Source of the DNA: an uncultured Gemmatimonadales bacterium | Lineage (GTDB): Bacteria; Gemmatimonadota; Gemmatimonadetes; Gemmatimonadales; GWC2-71-9 | Direction of reading: 5' to 3' | Assembly: GCA_963825055.1 (NCBI GenBank) | Contig: CAWGSK010000009.1 | Location: 224,001 to 288,000 of the forward strand | Length of the DNA: 64,000 bases | Shown here: positions 59,001 to 64,000 of the stretch, piece after piece | How positions within the stretch are numbered: the stretch's first letter is position 1 | Layout: each line of letters starts with the position of its first letter | Position numbers and translations under genes: made by a program | Notes under the pieces: model-generated | Database searches by the model: none | What the model saw: only the letters and a program-made list of their open reading frames with translations | Told to the model about the DNA's origin: nothing

Positions 59001-59232
59001 GCTCATCGCAGGCATGATTCCGGTGGCGCTCGGCCGGGGGGAGGGCGCCGACTTCCGCGCCCCGCTGGGGCGAGCCGTGATTGGCGGCGTGATCACCTCG
59101 ACGTTCCTCACGCTGCTCGTCATCCCCACGGTGTACGAGATCCTGATCCAGTGGCGTGGCGGTCTGGGCCGGGTGTTCGGACGCTGGCTCGGACAGCCCG
59201 CCAAGGCCCCGGCAACAGAGTCGCATCCGTGA
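56080..59232 (+). CDS. RND efflux permease (AcrB/AcrD/AcrF family)
   Basis: [49 protein letters not shown]. Confidence 0.95.
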   Translation: MFISDFAIKRPIVTITTILALVAFGLAALINLQTDEFPDIQQPVVAVSIIYPGASPEVVEREIVDPVEDAIFSISGIDGPKTISSATDGLASFVVFFDFEKDVQQATQDIRDAISSKRADLPQEMEEPIITRFDPAEEPILSLTLSSDRLPATVLTRIADPTVTRELRSIPGVADVSVIGGITRELTVQVRPEALQGAGVSVAQVVQALQSQNLAAPVGRLTSDLEERSIRLKGRLERPEDFQALVVAERDGGTIRLGQVADVMDGTEEPRTLALFNGREAIGIDIKKSKGYSTTAVADRIRERITELQARLPEGATLEIVRDAGVRVSHAVQNVQEALVEGALLTVVVVFLFLNSWRSTVITGLALPVSVLASFVAVWAFGFTLNTMSLLGLSLAIGILIDDAIVVRENIVRHIEMGKDHYVASQEGTDEIGLAVAATTFSIVAVFVPVAFMYGVAGQWFKPFALTIACAVLVSLFVSFSLDPMLSAYWADPQVEAHERRNPIARTLERFNRWFDRQAENYKRLVGWALDHRLFVALVGIGAFVGAIALQVAFGGAGFVPESDRSEITLIVETPPGSSLHYTRLKTEEVAQVARNHPEVAYTYTTIGTPLPLRAPGVDQAQVYVRLVPKADRSISQAELGQLMRGELNQVGGTTVSVFTSGFGGAFKQIQLQMSGDDIARLTELAERAKEIVRQVPGAVDVGLSTRGQKPELTVSLHRGLAGQLGITVGQVAQSLRPAFAGLDAGDWVDPSGETRDVTVRLRPESRERPEDLARLPLVVPGRDGQFATVPLGQVADIQQGVGPAQINHLDRDKVINVEANVSGRSLNEVVKDIESRFAAQLRLPPGYAISQGGETRDQNEVFSRIFTALGIAVLLMYLILVVQFGSFLDPLAILLSLPLSLIGVVLALLITGDTLNIMSLIGVILLMGIVAKNAILLIDFAKWGQENDGLSLRDSLIEAGRIRLRPIMMTTFALIAGMIPVALGRGEGADFRAPLGRAVIGGVITSTFLTLLVIPTVYEILIQWRGGLGRVFGRWLGQPAKAPATESHP

Positions 59233-59255
59233 CTCACACCGGGGCTTGACGCCTC

Positions 59256-60272
59256 GTGGACCCGATCTGCCACACGCTGGTGGGCGCCGCGCTCGCCCGC
59301 ACCGGCCTCCGCCGGCGCACCGCGCTCGCCGTCCCGACCCTGCTCATCGGCGCCAACCTCCCCGACATCGATGTCGTGTCCTACGCGTGGGGGGAGCTCG
59401 CCGCGCTCGATTTCCGGCGGGGCTGGACGCATGGTATCCTGGCGATCGTCGTGCTCCCGTTCCTGCTCACGGGAGTCATGCTGCTGTGGGACCGCTGGCG
59501 CCGCAGGCGCGACCCTGCACGCGCGCAGGCGCGGGGGGGTCAACTCCTGCTCCTGGCCGCCCTGGCCATCGCAACGCACCCGGTGCTCGACACCCTCAAC
59601 ACCTACGGCGTCCGCTGGCTGATGCCTTTCTCCGACCGCTGGTTCTACGGAGACGCGCTGTTCATCGTGGACGTCTGGGCCTGGCTCATCCTCGGGGTGG
59701 CGGTCTGGGCGAGCTGGCGGCGGGCGCGGCGTGGCGCCCCGGATGACGGCGCGCCGGCACGTTACGGCCTTGCGGTGTTTGCCACCTACGCGGTTCTGAT
59801 GACGGCGAGCGCCTTCACCGTGCGCGGGCTTGTCACCGGGGCCTATCGCCGCTACGTCGGCGTGACTCCCCATCGTGTCCTGGCGGCCCCCGTTCCGCTC
59901 ACACCTTTCCGGAGATCCCTCGTCATCGAGGGCCGTGAGGGGTATCGCGTCGGCGAGTTCTTCTGGCTCCCCTGGCCGCATGTCGATGGTGGAAGAACCT
60001 ATGCCCTGCCAAAAGCGGGGCTGAGCCATGAACTGCTCTCCCGGGCCGCGGCCACGCCGGATGCCCGCCGCTTCCTCCGCTGGGCACGGTTCCCGACCTG
60101 GGTCGTCACCGGCCCGGGCCGGGACCGTTCGGTATACATTATCGACCTCCGCTACGCGACGAGCCCCGGCGCGGGGTTCGGGACCCTGGAGATCCCGGTC
60201 CGGAGCCTGCGTGCCACCATCGTGCGGCTGGCGTTCCCCACGCCAGCGCGCCCAGACCTGGAAGGACCATGA
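59256..60272 (+). CDS. Membrane-bound metal-dependent hydrolase (YdjM-like)
   Basis: MDPICHTLVG, LPDID, RGWTHG, HPVLD.LNTYG, FIVD. Confidence 0.85.
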   Translation: MDPICHTLVGAALARTGLRRRTALAVPTLLIGANLPDIDVVSYAWGELAALDFRRGWTHGILAIVVLPFLLTGVMLLWDRWRRRRDPARAQARGGQLLLLAALAIATHPVLDTLNTYGVRWLMPFSDRWFYGDALFIVDVWAWLILGVAVWASWRRARRGAPDDGAPARYGLAVFATYAVLMTASAFTVRGLVTGAYRRYVGVTPHRVLAAPVPLTPFRRSLVIEGREGYRVGEFFWLPWPHVDGGRTYALPKAGLSHELLSRAAATPDARRFLRWARFPTWVVTGPGRDRSVYIIDLRYATSPGAGFGTLEIPVRSLRATIVRLAFPTPARPDLEGP

Positions 60273-61330
60273 CGAAGGACATCAAGAGCCTGATGGAGGA
60301 ATGGGACGGACACGCCGTCCTCCAGCGCTATGACCGGCCCACCGGGACGTGGATCTTCATCGCCCTGCACGATCCCTCCCGCGGGATGATGGTCGGCGGC
60401 TGCCGGATGAAGGTCTACCCGTCCCCCGAGGACGGGCTCCTCGATGCCATGCGCCTCGGGCGGGGCATGACGCACAAGTGGGCGGCCATCGACGTGGAAT
60501 TCGGCGGGGGCAAGACCGTGCTGGCCATTCCGCACGAAATGCACGGCGCGGAGCGGGAAGGCCTGCTGCGCCGGCTTGGCACGCTGCTCAACACGCTCGG
60601 CGGGCGGTATGGCACGGGGGTGGATCTCGGGACCACGCCGGATGACATGGATATCGTCAAGCAGGTCTCACGCTGGGTCTTTGCCGGTGACCCGTCACGC
60701 GGTGGTCACGCGGACCCCGGCCCCTACACGGCGCTCGGGGTCTTTTCCTGCATCAAGGTGGGCGCACGTCACGCCTTCGGCACCGACGACCTCGCCGGAC
60801 GGACAGTACTGATTCAGGGGGCCGGCGGCGTGGGGACGCCGCTGGCTGCGCTGCTTGACGAGGCCGGGGCATCGCTGCTCGTGAGCGACATCGACCCTGA
60901 TCGCTCGGCGGCGCTCGCGAAGGCACATGGCGGCCAGGTGGTGGCAAACGATGACGTCTACCAGACCCCCTGCGACATCTTCGCGCCCTGCGCGATCGGG
61001 GGCATCCTGAACACCCGCACCATTCCCGGCCTCGCCTGCCGGGTCGTCGCGGGGTCGGCCAACAACCAGCTCGAACGAGACGAGGACGCCGACCTCCTGC
61101 ACCAGCGGGGGATCCTGTACTGTCCGGACTACGTCGCCAACGCCGGCGGCGCCATGGCCTTCGGCCTCATGCACCAGGGCATGGTGGAGGAGTCGGAGAT
61201 CTGCCGCCACATCGTGGGTATCGGCAACTCGTTGAGGGAGATACTGGACGAGGCGCGCAGTTCGGACAGCTCCCCGCTGCACGCCTCGGCGAGGAGGGTG
61301 GAGGAGCGGCTGCACCACAGTGAGAAATAA
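60269..61330 (+). CDS. Glu/Leu/Phe/Val dehydrogenase (leucine dehydrogenase-like)
   Basis: IALHD, GGCRM, RL.RGMTHK, GGGK, D.GT, TALGV, QGAGGVG, APCAIG, GSANNQL, PDYVANAGG. Confidence 0.9.
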   Translation: MTKDIKSLMEEWDGHAVLQRYDRPTGTWIFIALHDPSRGMMVGGCRMKVYPSPEDGLLDAMRLGRGMTHKWAAIDVEFGGGKTVLAIPHEMHGAEREGLLRRLGTLLNTLGGRYGTGVDLGTTPDDMDIVKQVSRWVFAGDPSRGGHADPGPYTALGVFSCIKVGARHAFGTDDLAGRTVLIQGAGGVGTPLAALLDEAGASLLVSDIDPDRSAALAKAHGGQVVANDDVYQTPCDIFAPCAIGGILNTRTIPGLACRVVAGSANNQLERDEDADLLHQRGILYCPDYVANAGGAMAFGLMHQGMVEESEICRHIVGIGNSLREILDEARSSDSSPLHASARRVEERLHHSEK

Positions 61331-61334
61331 GGAG

Positions 61335-61375
61335 TAAGAAGTGAGAGGGGCAAGATGCACACGTCTTACTTCTTA
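61335..61375. terminator. Inverted repeat between convergent genes, built from heptamer-like units
   Basis: TAAGAAGTGAGA (61335-61346) pairs with TCTTACTTCTTA (61364-61375) with one G-U pair. Confidence 0.5.
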
Positions 61376-61379
61376 ACGC

Positions 61380-62056
61380 TCAGTTCGCACCACTGTTCAG
61401 CATCGGCCCCAGCACCGCCCACACATTGTCGGCCACGATCTCATGGCCCCGGGCATTGGGGTGGATGCCGTCCGGCTGGTTCAGTGAATCGATCGCCGGC
61501 CACGTTGGTGAGCAGGAAGGGCACCAAGGCGACCCCGTTGCGGCGCGCGAGATCCTGGTAGGCGGTACGGAAGCGTCCGGTGAAACGCGGGCCCAGGTTG
61601 GGCGGCGCTTCCATCCCCACGAGGACAATCCGGGGCGGATCCGGACGGTGGCGGGCGGTGTCGATGATGGCCTGGATGTTGGCCCGCAGCGAGTCCACAT
61701 CCAGCCCCCGCAGCCCGTCATTGGCCCCGGTCTCGATCACGAGCACGGCCGCCGGCTCGCGCAGGACCCAGTCGATCCGTGCCCTGGCCCCCGCGGAGGT
61801 CTCACCGCTCTGTCCCGCGTTGACGACTTCGTAGTCCAGCCCCTCCCGGTCCAGGCGCTCCTGAATACGGGCGGGGTAGGCCTGTCCCGGGTCCACGCCG
61901 AGTCCGGCAGTCAGACTGGTGCCGAGGAAGACGATCCGTGGACGGCCGGCAGGGACATGGGCGGCACGGTCCGAGGCAGGCGGGGCATCGTTCCCCCGCG
62001 AGCCGCAGCCGGACAGCAGCAGCGCCGACGGCGCACAGCAGGTATCTCGATCGCAT
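61380..62056 (-). CDS. tesA: GDSL/SGNH arylesterase (TesA-like) lipoprotein; frameshifts near 62025 and 61495
   Basis: FLGTSLTAG, NAGQSGETSAG, ETGANDGLRG, LVPFLL; LNQPDGIHPN lies in another frame. Divergent from ybbA/ybbP-like genes. Confidence 0.8.
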
Positions 62057-62075
62057 CCGGGGTAAGATAGCAACC

Positions 62076-62744
62076 ATGATTCAGTGCGAAGGCGTCACCC
62101 AGGCCTACCTCTCGGGCGGGCACGAACTCACCGTCCTCCACGACATCTCCTTTTCCCTCGAGGATGGCGGCTTCCTCGCGATCCTGGGCCCTTCGGGAAG
62201 CGGAAAGAGCACCCTGCTCGGCCTGCTGGCGGGGCTCGACCTGCCCCGACGGGGCCGGATCCTCCTTGACGGGGAGGACATCACGACGATGGGCGAGGAC
62301 GAGCGGGCTGTCCTCCGGGCGCGGAAGATCGGTTTCGTGTTCCAGTCGTTCAACCTGATTCCCACGCTGACGGCGGCCGAGAATATTGCGGTGCCGCTCG
62401 AGTTGCGTGGCGAGGACGGTACCGGGGCAGCGGCGGAGCTCCTGGACCGGGTCGGCCTGGGCGACCGGGGACATCACTACCCGGCCCAGCTCTCGGGCGG
62501 CGAGCAGCAGCGGGTTGCCCTCGCCCGCGCGTTCAGCAACCGGCCCCGCATCCTCTTCGCCGATGAGCCCACCGGTAACCTCGACACAGTCACCGGTGCC
62601 CGGGTCATCGACCTCATGGCGGGCCTCAACGCGGAGTTCGGCACCACGCTGGTCCTGGTGACCCACGATCCCGAACTGGCAACCCGTGCCCGCCGCACGA
62701 TCCGCCTGACCGACGGCCGCATCGTGGCGGACGCCGTCACGTGA
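62076..62744 (+). CDS. ABC transporter ATP-binding protein (YbbA/LolD-like)
   Basis: GPSGSGKS, GFVFQSFNL, LSGGEQQRVA, ADEPTGNLD, VTHD. Confidence 0.95.
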   Translation: MIQCEGVTQAYLSGGHELTVLHDISFSLEDGGFLAILGPSGSGKSTLLGLLAGLDLPRRGRILLDGEDITTMGEDERAVLRARKIGFVFQSFNLIPTLTAAENIAVPLELRGEDGTGAAAELLDRVGLGDRGHHYPAQLSGGEQQRVALARAFSNRPRILFADEPTGNLDTVTGARVIDLMAGLNAEFGTTLVLVTHDPELATRARRTIRLTDGRIVADAVT

Positions 62745-64000
62745 CGTCATTCCGGTTCCTGCTCCGCATGGCGCTCCGGGAAAGCCGGGCGTCACGGCGA
62801 CGGCTCGTCCTCCTGATGAGCGCGATCTCCGTCGGGGTCGCGGCGCTGGTCGCCATCAACGGCTTCACGGCAAACCTCCGTGGCGCGCTGGCCCGCGAAA
62901 CGCGCTCCCTCTATGGCGCCGACCTCGGCGTGACCTCGCGGACGGTGATCTCTCCCGAGCTGGTCGCGCAGCTCGACTCAGCCATGGCGGGGGAGGCGGC
63001 CGATCGCGCCGAGGTCACTTCCTTCTCCGCCATGGCGTACGTACCCGGCACAACGGGTGCCCGGCTTGTGGAGGTGAACGCCATCGGCGGGGGCTATCCG
63101 TTCTATGGCGACGTGGTCACGGAGCCCGCCGGCGCCTGGCGGTCCCTGGCGGATGGCCACAGCATTCTGGCCGACCCGGCCCTGCTCACCAGCCTCGAGG
63201 CCAGGCTGGGCGACACCGTCTCGCTGGGAAACGCCCGGTTCCGTATCGTCGGCACCGTAACGCGGATGCCGGGCGATGCCGGCATCCGGGCGCTCTTCGG
63301 ACCGCGGGTATGGATCAGCGCGTCCCGTGTTGAGGAGACCGGACTCCTGCAGTTCGGCTCCCGGGTGGAGCGCGCGCTGTATTTCCGCCTTCCCGCGACG
63401 GCGAACGCTGCCACGCTTGCGGACAACCTGCGCGACCGCTTCCGTCCCGAGGGACTTCGCGTCCGGACCGCGCAGGAAAACCAGGAGAACCTCACCGACG
63501 CCCTTACCCGCCTGAGCAGCTACCTGGGCCTGGTCGCCCTGATCGCGCTGCTGCTCGGCGGCCTGGGCGTTGCGAGCGCGGTCCACGTATTCATCCGGCG
63601 CAAGCTCGCCATCGTCGCGATCCTCCGTTGCCTCGGCGCCACCGCCCGGCAGGTCATCGCCATCTACCTGATTCAGGCGCTGGCCATGGGTATCCTGGGC
63701 AGCGCGGCGGGCGTCGGGCTCGGGGTACTGCTTCAGGGCCTGCTCCCGCGCGTTCTCGCCGACTTCCTGCCGGTGGCGGTGAGCGGTACGCCATCCTGGC
63801 CCGCCGTCCTGATGGGTCTCGCGATCGGTGCGTGGGTCGCGTTCGTCTTCTCGCTCCTGCCCCTGCTGTCGGTCCGGCACGTACCGCCCCTGGCCGCGCT
63901 GCGCGAGGTCGACCCCGGCAGACTCGGCCGCCGCGACCCGTGGCGCGTGGCCCTCCGGGTGCTGATTGCGGTGAGCGTGACCGGGCTGGCCATGCTCCAG
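62741..64000 (+). CDS. ABC transporter permease (YbbP/FtsX-like); runs off the window end
   Basis: GTG overlapping the upstream TGA; MTSFRFLLRMALRESR..ISVGVAALVAI..GADL..YPFYG..LLLGGLGVA..AILRCLGA. Open to the window end. Confidence 0.88.
   Translation, partial: MTSFRFLLRMALRESRASRRRLVLLMSAISVGVAALVAINGFTANLRGALARETRSLYGADLGVTSRTVISPELVAQLDSAMAGEAADRAEVTSFSAMAYVPGTTGARLVEVNAIGGGYPFYGDVVTEPAGAWRSLADGHSILADPALLTSLEARLGDTVSLGNARFRIVGTVTRMPGDAGIRALFGPRVWISASRVEETGLLQFGSRVERALYFRLPATANAATLADNLRDRFRPEGLRVRTAQENQENLTDALTRLSSYLGLVALIALLLGGLGVASAVHVFIRRKLAIVAILRCLGATARQVIAIYLIQALAMGILGSAAGVGLGVLLQGLLPRVLADFLPVAVSGTPSWPAVLMGLAIGAWVAFVFSLLPLLSVRHVPPLAALREVDPGRLGRRDPWRVALRVLIAVSVTGLAMLQ

Noticed and set aside
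1..64000. tRNA, rRNA, transposase, integrase or prophage genes
   Set aside because: None recognised. Intergenic gaps are short and explained, and composition looks uniform with no sign of an island.

Overview
High-GC (roughly 70% by eye) bacterial chromosomal segment, gene-dense and made mostly of housekeeping, transport and signalling genes. The style resembles Gemmatimonadota, but this is an impression only. No rRNA, tRNA, CRISPR array, IS or prophage was seen. Main blocks, in order: SNF2-type helicase C-terminus and a sulfatase-like gene; HAD/DUF47/Pit phosphate cluster; GT4; mocA-coxG-xdhC molybdoenzyme accessory genes; sulfotransferase-like plus class IV aminotransferase pair; D-aminoacylase; a 9-gene arginine operon (argG-X-argC-argD-argF'-argB-argE-argH-argR) under a clear ARG box; BlaI plus M56 peptidase with 12 HEAT repeats; OmpA with TSP3 repeats; a degenerate Hpt-REC-GGDEF-REC protein; mscL; two paralogous ECF sigma/anti-sigma/DUF4097 cassettes; a pseudokinase/kinase hybrid pair; TetR-TolC-MFP-RND efflux; Leu dehydrogenase; tesA/ybbA/ybbP-like genes. 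Best candidate for a new system: the arg operon lacks argA/argJ but has an uncharacterised DUF1611/BioD-like P-loop gene in second position. Its transcarbamylase also carries Val92, the residue class associated with N-succinylornithine specificity. Together these suggest a non-canonical, possibly succinyl-based, first step of arginine synthesis. Caveat: many 1-2 nt frameshifts and a garbled G-rich stretch (about 1410-1980) point to sequencing or consensus errors, so apparent pseudogenes and one apparent fusion should be treated with caution.
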